Below the pieces are notes generated by a model. It was not told the origin of the DNA, made no database searches, and saw only the letters and a list, made by a program, of their open reading frames with translations. From an uncultured Planctomycetia bacterium (GTDB lineage Bacteria > Planctomycetota > UBA8108 > UBA1146): DNA of 64,000 nucleotides. A program made the translations under genes and the position numbers. The stretch covers positions 135,448 through 199,447 of the forward strand of contig CAYRAM010000001.1 in NCBI GenBank assembly GCA_964422295.1. Direction: 5' to 3'. Below are positions 17,678 through 26,836 of the stretch, piece by piece (within the stretch, counting starts at the first letter, position 1; each line of letters begins with the position of its first letter).

Positions 17678-18409
17678 ATGAGTCAAATCCAGGCCATATT
17701 TTTTGATGTCGATGGGACCTTGTTCTCGACGGTCGATTTTGCTGCAAGGGCAAGGCGGGCCAGTGTACGAGCGATGATTCAGGCTGGTCTCGACATCGAG
17801 GAGGATCTCCTGATGGAGGAACTCCACGAGGTGGTCAAAGAGTTTTCATCCAATTACGAGGGACACTTCGACAAACTTTTATTGCGTTTGCCCCGCAGAT
17901 CTTTGAAGGGATTGAACCCGGCTGTCATCATCTCTGCAGGCATCGTCGCTTATCACGATACAAAAACTCGCTTTCTGGAACCTTTTGAAGATGCCAGTGA
18001 GGTCTTGCGACGCCTTGCTAAAACTGGGCTTCGTCTGGGAATCATCACAGAGGGACTTGAAGTCAAGCAGTCAGAAAAATTGATTCGCTTGCGACTGCTT
18101 GAGTACTTTGACCACAAGGCGATCTTTATTTCGCATCAGGTTGGGATTTCGAAGCCTAATCCAAAGCTCTATCAGAGGGCATGCACGGATCTCAACCTCC
18201 GTCCATCCGAATGCCTGTACGTGGGCGATAACCCCATGCTCGATATCGATCCAGCCAATGAGATCGGAATGGTCACGGTGCTGGTGAGCCGAGAGGACAG
18301 ATTTCGATCAGTCAGTGGCAATACACAACCGGACCACGTCATTCAGAATTTCTGGGATTTGTCGGAAATCCTGCGTGAACAGGGTGTGAGTGTCCCGGAG
18401 GTACTGTGA
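17678..18409 (+). CDS. HAD-superfamily hydrolase (phosphatase)
   Basis: Has the 'IFFDVDGTLF' DxDGT motif I and 'YVGDNPMLDI' motif IV. The ATG at 17678 with a GAGGG SD is preferred over the GTG at 17669. Confidence 0.8.
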   Translation: MSQIQAIFFDVDGTLFSTVDFAARARRASVRAMIQAGLDIEEDLLMEELHEVVKEFSSNYEGHFDKLLLRLPRRSLKGLNPAVIISAGIVAYHDTKTRFLEPFEDASEVLRRLAKTGLRLGIITEGLEVKQSEKLIRLRLLEYFDHKAIFISHQVGISKPNPKLYQRACTDLNLRPSECLYVGDNPMLDIDPANEIGMVTVLVSREDRFRSVSGNTQPDHVIQNFWDLSEILREQGVSVPEVL

Positions 18410-19371
18410 TGGCACATCCTGAGTTGAGCATGGTGATTCCGGTTCGTGATGAGATTGAAGCGGTCGATTCACTGGTATCACGCTTATCTGAGTCTCTGGA
18501 AATGCTCGACGTTCGATCATTCGAGGTGATCTTTGTGGATGACGGATCTACGGATGGAACTGCAGAGCGACTTGAATGGCTGACCATCGAGGATGACCGC
18601 TACAGCCTTTTACGATTGCGCAGGCCTATGGGAAAAGGGGATGCCCTCGCAGCGGGATTCGAAAAAAGTCGCGGTGATTGGGTTGCGACCATCGATGCCG
18701 ATTTACAGGAACCCCCTGAAGAAATGGGTTCTTTGTTGCGTATTGCTCGATCCGGAGTTGACCTTGTGATCGGTTGGCGTCATCAGCGTAGTGATCAGCT
18801 GAGTCGCAGGATTTCTTCAACCCTTTACAACCAAATGGTCCGCTGGGTCGGTGGGCCACCTCTCCATGACGGCAACTGTGGCTTCAAAGTAATGACCCGG
18901 GAATTAGCGCTCACCCTGCCACTGGCAGGAGGAAGATTCCGATTTATGCATCTCGTTGCTGCTCGCTGGGGATACACCGTGCAAGAGGTTCCTGTTTCCC
19001 ATCGGCCACGACAGACGGGAGCTTCCCACTTCGGAGTATCGCGTGCTTTTTCAGCAATCTTCGATCTGGTAACAGTCCTGGTTTATCTGCGTGGGCAGGA
19101 TCGACCAGGTAGGAGTCTCTTGCGCTGGGGCATCTTTACAGGATCTCCCGGATTGGTGATTTTGATGTTCCTCGGCTATCTACGATTCGCCGATGGCACG
19201 ATAAACTATCGCTACCCACTTTTAGTATTGGGCGCACTGTTGACTCTGGCAGGATTGCAACTGGTTCTCTTTGGTTGTATGGCGGAATGGTTCTCAGGAA
19301 AGTCAAATGCAACTTTCACGCGCAAGAAATCAAACAATGTGGTACTTCGAGAGCGTGAACGACTGCCGTGA
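18406..19371 (+). CDS. Family 2 glycosyltransferase, polyprenyl-phosphate sugar synthase type (DPM1/ArnC/GtrB-like) with C-terminal TM helices
   Basis: Carries 'SMVIPVRDE', 'FEVIFVDDGSTDGT', 'DADLQEPPEE' and C-terminal hydrophobic helices. It overlaps the upstream gene by 4 nt (ATGA). Confidence 0.85.
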   Translation: MMAHPELSMVIPVRDEIEAVDSLVSRLSESLEMLDVRSFEVIFVDDGSTDGTAERLEWLTIEDDRYSLLRLRRPMGKGDALAAGFEKSRGDWVATIDADLQEPPEEMGSLLRIARSGVDLVIGWRHQRSDQLSRRISSTLYNQMVRWVGGPPLHDGNCGFKVMTRELALTLPLAGGRFRFMHLVAARWGYTVQEVPVSHRPRQTGASHFGVSRAFSAIFDLVTVLVYLRGQDRPGRSLLRWGIFTGSPGLVILMFLGYLRFADGTINYRYPLLVLGALLTLAGLQLVLFGCMAEWFSGKSNATFTRKKSNNVVLRERERLP

Positions 19372-20504
19372 TGTCTGTTCCAACCCTGCGTGTATTTTCT
19401 GCATCCTGGCCTGGCAAAGTGGAACCGTGGCGCGCACGATTCATCCGGGATCTTCATAAAGACTTGTCTCAGGATTTTGAAACGAGTGTGCTCGCGCCAG
19501 CCATCCATCAGGAGGACCCTCTCGAAGAGCAGGATGGGGATCTAAAGATCCGCCGCTTCCGATACCGGTCCGGTGGTAAGTCTCCCAGGCAGGGGGGAGC
19601 AGGAATCGTCGAATCGGTCTCATGGATGCTGTCAGGCCGAAGGGCTTTGCAGCAGTGGAAAATGGATCAAAGGAACAGTGTGACACTGGTTCATTGGGGG
19701 GTTCCAGGTGCATTTCTTGCGGCGCCGTTTTGCGACGAGATCAACAATCCAATGGTTGTCTGGTGTCATGGGAGTGATGTTCATAATCATGGACGCGGGT
19801 TTTGGGGCTCATTCCTTCTAAGGAGGGGCTTGAAGTCGGCGACTCGCGTTCTTGCTGCCAGTGCTGAGTTGGCGGATGAACTGAAGAGGAAACATGGAGT
19901 TCCTGCGGTGGAGGTGCTGCCTGTTGGAATTGATGCAACCTTTCAATCTCCGGCGATTGTCGGCAGGAGAAGTGCAGGGTTGCAAATACTCTGGGTTGGG
20001 GAAAGGGTCGAATCGAAAGGTTACGGAAGGGCATTACGCGGAGTCCAGAGGGCTGCGGAAAAGGGAGTGTCAGTATCGATGGAAGTCATTGGGGATGGAC
20101 CTCTCAAAGGCGTTGGAAACTTTACTCCGAACTTGCGAGGAGTCATCGATTCCAGGGGCGTTCGTGAAGCGATGGATCAGGCAGATCTATTGTTGCTACC
20201 CAGCCATGGTGAAGGGACTCCTCTGGTAGTGCAGGAAGCCAAGGCCCGCAATCTGCCTGTGGTCGCAACTCCGGTGGGTGGGATTCCAGCGATGTTCGAG
20301 GGTGACCAAGGATGGTTCGCGCTGAATTCATCCGGGGAGACAGAACTTGAAGCAGAAATTTGCGATTTATTGTCAATGTTGGAGCGGGACGCAGATGCAC
20401 TTGCTCAGCGGAGGCAGCAACTCGCAGAGTCATCGATTCCGGTTCAGTACCGGCGACAAAGTGCTGACAGATTGACCGAGATTATTCAGGAATTGAGCCC
20501 GTGA
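19368..20504 (+). CDS. Family 4 (GT-B) glycosyltransferase
   Basis: 'LLPSHGEGTPLVVQEAKARNLPVVATPVGGIPAMFE' matches the GT-B EX7E region. It overlaps the upstream gene by 4 nt. Confidence 0.8.
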   Translation: MMSVPTLRVFSASWPGKVEPWRARFIRDLHKDLSQDFETSVLAPAIHQEDPLEEQDGDLKIRRFRYRSGGKSPRQGGAGIVESVSWMLSGRRALQQWKMDQRNSVTLVHWGVPGAFLAAPFCDEINNPMVVWCHGSDVHNHGRGFWGSFLLRRGLKSATRVLAASAELADELKRKHGVPAVEVLPVGIDATFQSPAIVGRRSAGLQILWVGERVESKGYGRALRGVQRAAEKGVSVSMEVIGDGPLKGVGNFTPNLRGVIDSRGVREAMDQADLLLLPSHGEGTPLVVQEAKARNLPVVATPVGGIPAMFEGDQGWFALNSSGETELEAEICDLLSMLERDADALAQRRQQLAESSIPVQYRRQSADRLTEIIQELSP

Positions 20505-23266
20505 TGTGGGATTCACCCTTACTTCGCTTGATGATTCTTCTCGTCACAGGTTTGGCTCTCTATTCACCGGTCTTTGATGGTGAATGGGTATTTGATGACG
20601 AACGTCTGGTGGCGGGACACGATTGGCTATGGAGAGACTGGTCCGGAGTCTCTGCGGAGTTGAATTCTTGGGGCGAGATTCTTCGGGATGGTCCTCGGGA
20701 GGGGGATGAAGTTCGTACAGGATTTCGTCCGATTCGTTTCATTTCATATCGCATCGATGTATTGGTGCTAAAGTCAGCGGGAATCGACCAACCCAATCAT
20801 CCCGACGCACCGATACCGTTTCATATTCATAACCTGCTGTTGCATGTGTTGGTGGCGTGGTCCATCTCAGGTTTGATCGGGCGCTTATTTCCCTGGAGCC
20901 GAGGTGGACTTCATTTGGTAGTTGCCTTGGTGTATCTGGTTCATCCTGTTCAGACGGAAGCGGTCGCCTGGATCTCCGGTCGTAGAGATGTGTTGTTTTC
21001 CCTCTTCTATCTGTGTGCTTTGCTCGGAATTGCCGGACAACCGCTTCGAAACCTGCGTGGCCTCAAGGGGTGGCTGAGGGGATTCTTTCTGGCCTTGCTG
21101 GGGGCGATGGCGATGGCTACCAAGGAGATGGCCGCAACTCTGCCCTTGGTGATGGTAATGCTGGCGGCAATTCCTTCGGAAGATGACTCCGGTGCGGAAT
21201 TCGGTGAGGGCTCCTCTTCAAGCAATGCGCTGTCTTTGCGGCGGGCACTCTTGGCTTTTCCAGTTTGGATTCCGGTATCCCTGGTGGTTTGGGGAATGAC
21301 TCTACAACTGCTGTTGCATCACCACCCGGGAGAAGGTACCGAACGGTGGGGGGGCAGCGCTTGGGCGACCGTGTGGACTTCTGGACGCGCATTGGTCGAT
21401 TACATGTTGTTGATCATCGCTCCATGGGGGCTCACGGTGGATTACTCCCATGGAGCATTTCCACCTTCATCCGGCCCATTCCAACCGATTAGTTCCATCT
21501 TCTGCATGATCGCATTGGTGGTCCTTTCCGTGATCACCTGGAGATATCGGGGTTCAGCTTGGTCAGTGCTGGGGTGGCCGCTGTTTTTTGTACTCCTGAG
21601 CCCTGTGTTGCAGCTGATTCCTCATCCGGAGAGATTTGCGGAGCGATTCATGTACCTGCCAATGCTGGCGCCGATGCTGCTGCTCGCTGGCGGACTTTAT
21701 CGTTTAGAGAAATCCCACCCCGGTTGGAGGCAGATTCTGGTTCCGATTCTGTTGGTAATATTGGCGTTATTGACGCGATCCCGACTTCGCGACTGGGAGG
21801 GACCGTATCCCCTTTGGAAAAGTGCAGTCGAAGCGCAGCCGCAATGCGCCCGGGCATGGTTTGGTCTTGCAGACGCTGCCAGTGAAAAAGGATGGAACTG
21901 GGAGGCTGTGGAAGGATTGCGGACGACGATCGAGATTCTGGGACCAATGGAGAGGGACCATCTCCAACAAGGATTATACCTCCAGGCGTTACAGATTCGT
22001 GCCGGATTGCTGGCAACCTTTCTCCCGCAGCAAGCATTGCTTGATGCCCGCTCCCACTGGGAGGAATTGTTGGAAGAAGTGGATACGGATGGGACAGCCG
22101 TATCAGATCAGGCTTTGCCTTGGTTTGAACGCATGAAGGTCGAAGTCCGGCTGGGTGATGACGAGGCTGCGCTGTTATGTGCGCGACGACTCTTGGAATT
22201 GGAGTCTTCTCTTCCCGAACAACGCTTTGAATCCCTGATGTTATTGGCGGCTTTAGGCTCCAGTGAAGAGAGTCTCGACAGTTTGGAAGTGGCCCGGGAG
22301 CTCGCAATGGAGATGGGCGGGAATGCGCCCTCAAGGGTGTTTTATCAGAAGGGGATGTTACACCTTGCCGCAGAAGAATATGAATTGGCACTCAAAGCAT
22401 TTGTCGAATCTCAAAATAATCTGACCGCCGACGGTCGAGCTAGCAGTGCACTCTATCGTCAGGCGGAATGCCAACTGCAACTTGGACGCACTCAGGATGC
22501 AAAATCGATCCTCGAAAATCTCTTGAAGGTGGATCCAGGACATCTTGCAGCACACCTGTCTTTGGGTGAGTTGTTGTTGGCGACTGCAGAGAGAGAATCG
22601 GCCCGTGGGCATTTTGAATTTGTCTTGTCAGTTTCTCCCGACAATCCCCAGGCAATTCAGGGGATGCGTCAGGTGATGATTCGTCAAAGATTGGAAGAGG
22701 GTGATTCAGTCGCATTACCCGATCCGACCCGGATTGCAACATTGACCCTGTTGGCAGAAAAACTGCAAAAAGAAGGGCAATTTGAAAAGGCCAGGGAAGC
22801 ATTGGTCGAAGCCGAAAAGGAGGCGGAAGGTCCGGCAGAGAGGGATCGGCGCCTCGATCTCATCTTGCGAATCGCCCGTTTGGATGCCCGCATGAATGAA
22901 TGGGATCGAGCCGGTATTGGATACAGCCGTCTGTTCGATCGAACGGAGGTCGCTGATCGTGGTCGATTCATTCTTGAAGCTGTCGAGGTGCTCAGACGAA
23001 CCGGAGGAGCCAGCATTGCGCTGGAGTTTCTCGAACAGCAGCAACGGGAAGGAGTTTCGCATCCGGCTCTGAGGTCCCAATTGGGTGCACTCGCAGATCA
23101 AGTGGGGGATGTGGAAAAGGCTTTGAGGTGGTACCGTGAAGCTTTGGAAAATGACGCAGAAATATCCGAGCAACGCCGTCAACAGATCGATGACAGGATC
23201 AAAGTCTTGAAAAAAATGGGCGAAGTCGCTGATCCAGAAAACAACACGGTGAAAACAACACCATGA
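20501..23266 (+). CDS. TMTC/PMT-like multi-pass membrane protein (putative GT-C glycosyltransferase, DUF1736-like) with C-terminal TPR repeats
   Basis: About 450 aa of polytopic membrane domain beginning 'LALYSPVFDGEWVFDDERLV', followed by ~450 aa of TPR-like repeats. It overlaps the upstream gene by 4 nt. The TGA stop lies inside the 14-nt tandem repeat. Confidence 0.6.
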   Translation: MMWDSPLLRLMILLVTGLALYSPVFDGEWVFDDERLVAGHDWLWRDWSGVSAELNSWGEILRDGPREGDEVRTGFRPIRFISYRIDVLVLKSAGIDQPNHPDAPIPFHIHNLLLHVLVAWSISGLIGRLFPWSRGGLHLVVALVYLVHPVQTEAVAWISGRRDVLFSLFYLCALLGIAGQPLRNLRGLKGWLRGFFLALLGAMAMATKEMAATLPLVMVMLAAIPSEDDSGAEFGEGSSSSNALSLRRALLAFPVWIPVSLVVWGMTLQLLLHHHPGEGTERWGGSAWATVWTSGRALVDYMLLIIAPWGLTVDYSHGAFPPSSGPFQPISSIFCMIALVVLSVITWRYRGSAWSVLGWPLFFVLLSPVLQLIPHPERFAERFMYLPMLAPMLLLAGGLYRLEKSHPGWRQILVPILLVILALLTRSRLRDWEGPYPLWKSAVEAQPQCARAWFGLADAASEKGWNWEAVEGLRTTIEILGPMERDHLQQGLYLQALQIRAGLLATFLPQQALLDARSHWEELLEEVDTDGTAVSDQALPWFERMKVEVRLGDDEAALLCARRLLELESSLPEQRFESLMLLAALGSSEESLDSLEVARELAMEMGGNAPSRVFYQKGMLHLAAEEYELALKAFVESQNNLTADGRASSALYRQAECQLQLGRTQDAKSILENLLKVDPGHLAAHLSLGELLLATAERESARGHFEFVLSVSPDNPQAIQGMRQVMIRQRLEEGDSVALPDPTRIATLTLLAEKLQKEGQFEKAREALVEAEKEAEGPAERDRRLDLILRIARLDARMNEWDRAGIGYSRLFDRTEVADRGRFILEAVEVLRRTGGASIALEFLEQQQREGVSHPALRSQLGALADQVGDVEKALRWYREALENDAEISEQRRQQIDDRIKVLKKMGEVADPENNTVKTTP

Positions 23267-23303
23267 AAACAACACCATGAAAACAACAGCATGAAAGCGA
23301 CCC
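23235..23303. repeat. 14-nt tandem repeat (RTGAAAACAACASC, about 4.5 copies) spanning the stop of the TMTC-like gene and the start of the next gene
   Basis: Direct reading: cagaaaacaacacg / gtgaaaacaacacc / atgaaaacaacacc / atgaaaacaacagc / atgaaagcgaccc. The stop TGA is at 23264-66 in copy 3 and the next ATG is at 23291 in copy 5. Confidence 0.85.
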
Positions 23304-25618
23304 ACTATCTGGCGATGATTGGCGCAGCACTGATGGTGCTCGAAGTCTTGGTTGCCCGAGAATTGGCAACGGTGTTTGGCAACACGTTGTCCGGGGTCAC
23401 TTTGGCGATGAGTCTCGCATTGATCGGACTCGCGGCAGGTCTAATTGTGGTCACCTTGGGCGCCGAGCGCAGATCCGAGTCCTCCCATTGGTGCAGGATT
23501 ACCCTTTTGGGAATTGTTCCTGCAGGGATCTGGGTGGTGTATCTCTTGCCGTTGCTCCTCGATGGCAGTCGGCTGCATGGATCTGCTGCATTGAGACTTT
23601 TGTTGTCGCTGCCGCTATTGTGTGGAGCGATTCCACTGGGAGCTGCGATTACCGCAGCATTCAATGCCTCTCGGAAAGAAGTCGAAGAACGGGCATCCAA
23701 TGGGGTCTGTGCTCTCGATCTCGGCAGTGCAGCGGGTGCACTGCTGACCCCGCTTCTGCTCTTGCCTGAACTCGGAGAAGCCGGTGCTCTCGTGGTTGCG
23801 GTGCTTTTGTTGTTGGCTTGCTGCCGACGTGGGGAAACGGTCGCCAGGGTCCCATCCGAGTTGACAGAGGCGGATCATCCTGTTTCTCGGAGAGACATCG
23901 CCATCGCCGCATGGATCGGCATCGTGACGATGGCGTTACAAATTGGCTGGATCCGAACCTTGGGAGAAGTCTTTGGCTCAACTTTGACCATCTTCGGATT
24001 GACGACGGCAGCCATCTTGCTGGGTGGAGCAGCGGGTGCTCAGGCGATGCCGGCCATCCGTTCCAAGGTAGGCAATGAAAAGGTTCAACGATTCGCTTGG
24101 GCGCTGTGGCTGACGCTCCAGGGCTTTTCAATGCTGTTGCTGTCATTTACACCTTACATCTTCATCGCAATGGTTCAGTGGTTTAGCAACCAAGGTGAAT
24201 CGGGATTGCTGTGGGGGGAATGCCTGCTGATTCTTGCAGTCGTTGGTTTGCCATCCTTTTGTGTGGGGATCATCGTCCCTGCATTGATGGTAAAGCATGG
24301 TGAATATGGCCGCCTGGACAAGGGTGCGGGAGTCTTACAGGGTGCTCAGCTCATCGGAGGGGTGGTTGGTCTTGGATTGACAGCAACCTGGCTGCTTCCC
24401 GCATACGGTTCCCTTGGGCTCTTCATTGCTTGCGGAATAATGACTTTTGCCGGAGGAGTTCCTCTGCTGCGCAGGAGCGGTCACGGCACCACTGCGGGGG
24501 CCTTTTTGTGTGGCGGTCTGCTGATGGCTGCTTCCAGCCAGTTTTGGGATTCATCCCTGATGTCTGCAGGTGTTTTCCAGTGGGATCGGGCAGAGGTGGC
24601 CCGAGGGGAAGCATTGAAAGCTTGGGAGCAGCGGGAGGTGGTTGCAGAATTTTCAGGACAGTTTGGCAACGTACTCATCGAACGCGACTATTCGCAAAAC
24701 ACGGCATACCTTCGTGTGGGAGGCAGAATCGAGGGCAGCGTGCCCATCGACCCTGCTGCATCCACAATGGCAGATTTGCCCACGGAGGTTCTCCTCGGAG
24801 TTTTACCCACATGGGCGGGATCGGGACAGGGTCGGCTCTTGGTGGTGGGCCTGGGTGGAGGCACGACGGTGGCTGCAGCAGTCGAGACCTGGGATGGGGA
24901 GATGGTCGTCCTCGAAATTGAGCCGGCGGTGAAGGAAGCACTGTTATCGCGGCAGGGAGCAGAAGTTTTTCCCATTGAAAATGAAGCACTTCGAGGCCGG
25001 AAAGCTCCCCAGCTGGTGATTGAGGATGCGCGTTCATACCTGGTCCAGGATAATCGCCAGTGGGATGCGATCGTCATTCAGCCATCGGAACCGTGGTTGC
25101 CTTGGTCGGCGCCGCTCTTCACCCCAGACTTCCACCAATTGTTGGCGAATCGTCGTGCAGCGGGTGGGGTTGTCATCCAATGGTTGCAACTCTATCGCAT
25201 TGGAATTCCGGAATTTGCTGCCATCCTCTACTCCTTCAAAGAAGCGCTGGGAGAGGTGCAAGTATGGCATCCGCCGGGGACCGGTGAGGTCTTGCTGGTT
25301 GCCGGAGATGTGAAGGTGCCCGAGTCACCCATCGAATCCGTGGAAAAGGCGTGGGGCAGGGTGCTCGGAGTTCCTTTCCCCACTCAACCCTGGCTCGACG
25401 ATGACGACGTGGTGGCATGGCTTGAATCTGCAGGAGGGGCGGACCTCGACCGTCTCAGGGAGCGTCTGGAGTACTACTTGCCCCTGAGGGAAGAGAGTGG
25501 GATGGATCTGTCCCGGAGCCTCCTGTCCTCACTGGAGGCGATCCGCCGCAGGAGTCCTAGCAAGGGCCCCGCAGGGGAATCGACCGATTCCGTCAGCGGG
25601 GCTCCAGATGGGGGCTAA
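23291..25618 (+). CDS. Polytopic membrane protein fused to a spermidine-synthase-like (SpeE-fold, SAM-MTase-like) C-terminal domain
   Basis: About 430 aa of TM helices, then 'LLVVGLGGGTTVAAAVE...VVLEIEP...LVIEDARSYL...WDAIVIQPSEPW', which matches the aminopropyltransferase fold pattern. Confidence 0.7.
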   Translation: MKATHYLAMIGAALMVLEVLVARELATVFGNTLSGVTLAMSLALIGLAAGLIVVTLGAERRSESSHWCRITLLGIVPAGIWVVYLLPLLLDGSRLHGSAALRLLLSLPLLCGAIPLGAAITAAFNASRKEVEERASNGVCALDLGSAAGALLTPLLLLPELGEAGALVVAVLLLLACCRRGETVARVPSELTEADHPVSRRDIAIAAWIGIVTMALQIGWIRTLGEVFGSTLTIFGLTTAAILLGGAAGAQAMPAIRSKVGNEKVQRFAWALWLTLQGFSMLLLSFTPYIFIAMVQWFSNQGESGLLWGECLLILAVVGLPSFCVGIIVPALMVKHGEYGRLDKGAGVLQGAQLIGGVVGLGLTATWLLPAYGSLGLFIACGIMTFAGGVPLLRRSGHGTTAGAFLCGGLLMAASSQFWDSSLMSAGVFQWDRAEVARGEALKAWEQREVVAEFSGQFGNVLIERDYSQNTAYLRVGGRIEGSVPIDPAASTMADLPTEVLLGVLPTWAGSGQGRLLVVGLGGGTTVAAAVETWDGEMVVLEIEPAVKEALLSRQGAEVFPIENEALRGRKAPQLVIEDARSYLVQDNRQWDAIVIQPSEPWLPWSAPLFTPDFHQLLANRRAAGGVVIQWLQLYRIGIPEFAAILYSFKEALGEVQVWHPPGTGEVLLVAGDVKVPESPIESVEKAWGRVLGVPFPTQPWLDDDDVVAWLESAGGADLDRLRERLEYYLPLREESGMDLSRSLLSSLEAIRRRSPSKGPAGESTDSVSGAPDGG

Positions 25619-25812
25619 TTTCGGCATCCCCCCTGAAATTCGGCCTCGAATGGCGGATGTCCGTTGACACTTCCGGGCGATACAAATACGATCCGGGCTT
25701 GCACTTCGGACCAATGTTGTGCAGACAGGACTCGTTGGAGTCGATCAGAATGGAACCCGGGGATCGCTGTACAACTTGCTTTGTGCAGCTCTTACCTGAG
25801 GTATAGAGCAAG

Positions 25813-26283
25813 GTGAACAGAATGCAGAATTACAGCCCTCAGAAGAGCTTCGTCCAACGCAAGGAGGATGTCGTTCGCGACTGGTATCACGTCGATGCTT
25901 CCGCAGAGATTCTCGGACGCATGGCGACGGGGATCGCCAACATTCTCATGGGCAAGAATAAACCTACGTATACCCCTCATGTCGATGGGGGGGACTATGT
26001 GGTCGTGACTAATGCGAGCAAGGTGAGGACCACCGGCTCCAAGGGTGAGAAGAATCTCTATCACTACCATACCGGATACTTGGGAGGCCTTCGTTCGAAA
26101 ACCATGGGGTGGATGATCGAAAACAAGCCTGAAGAAGTGGTTCGATTGGCTGTGCGTCGCATGTTGCCAAAGAGTCGCCTGGGAAGAAAAATGCTTTCCA
26201 AATTGAAGGTGTACTCTGGGGAAGAGCACGATATGTCAGCCCAAGCTCCACATTTTGAGACGATCCGGATTACAGACAAGTAA
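25813..26283 (+). CDS. rplM: 50S ribosomal protein L13
   Basis: 'DWYHVDASAEILGRMATGIANILMGKNKPTYTPHVDGGDYVVVTNASKV' is strong L13 family identity. Confidence 0.95.
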   Translation: MNRMQNYSPQKSFVQRKEDVVRDWYHVDASAEILGRMATGIANILMGKNKPTYTPHVDGGDYVVVTNASKVRTTGSKGEKNLYHYHTGYLGGLRSKTMGWMIENKPEEVVRLAVRRMLPKSRLGRKMLSKLKVYSGEEHDMSAQAPHFETIRITDK

Positions 26284-26326
26284 AGAATGAGGAGGACCGG
26301 GAGATTCCGGTTCATAAGGAGATCAA

Positions 26327-26725
26327 TTGGCCAAGCCCAATGACTACATCTGGGGAGTTGGACGAAGAAAGACCGCCGTCGCCCGCGTTCGAATACGCGA
26401 AGGCAGCGGTAAAATGAACATCAACGGCAAGGAACACACCGATTACTTCCGCCTTTCCCCTGACCAGGAGCGAATTTTTGATCCCCTGAGGGCGGTCCAA
26501 TCAGAAGGAGCCTTTGATGTTTGGGCCAATGTCAATGGTGGAGGTACCACTGGGCAAGTGGGTGCCATCATCATGGGGCTCGCCCGTGCATTGGCAAGAG
26601 TCAATGAGGAAAACGAAACGACCCTGCGCAAAGGCACTTTTCTTACGCGGGATTCGCGAATGGTTGAGAGAAAGAAGCCTGGCCGCAAGAAAGCTCGCCG
26701 CTCCTTCCAGTTCTCCAAGCGCTAA
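26327..26725 (+). CDS. rpsI: 30S ribosomal protein S9
   Basis: 'GGGTTGQVGAIIMGLARAL ... RDSRMVERKKPGRKKARRSFQFSKR' is the canonical S9 C-terminus. Confidence 0.95.
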   Translation: MAKPNDYIWGVGRRKTAVARVRIREGSGKMNINGKEHTDYFRLSPDQERIFDPLRAVQSEGAFDVWANVNGGGTTGQVGAIIMGLARALARVNEENETTLRKGTFLTRDSRMVERKKPGRKKARRSFQFSKR

Positions 26726-26754
26726 ATCGAGATTCTCGACATCGACAACTTTTC

Positions 26755-26786
26755 AAAAGGGTTCGCAGTTGTGGACCCTTTTTTTG
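26755..26786 (+). terminator. Rho-independent terminator after rpsI
   Basis: aaaaGGGTTCgcagttgtGGACCCttttttt: a 6-bp stem (one G-U pair), an 8-nt loop and a 7-T run. Confidence 0.7.
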
Positions 26787-26836
26787 TTTCGAATCAAATT
26801 TGCTGGATTTCACTGCGTGGTCTCGGGGTAGGGGCA

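Noticed and set aside
21648-22391. 247-aa minus-strand ORF
   Set aside because: Antisense inside the TMTC-like gene. Pro/Ser-rich with no motifs.
26771-26836. Upstream extension of FkbM methyltransferase ORF
   Set aside because: It begins inside the rpsI rho-independent terminator hairpin. The ATG at 26837 is the more plausible start.
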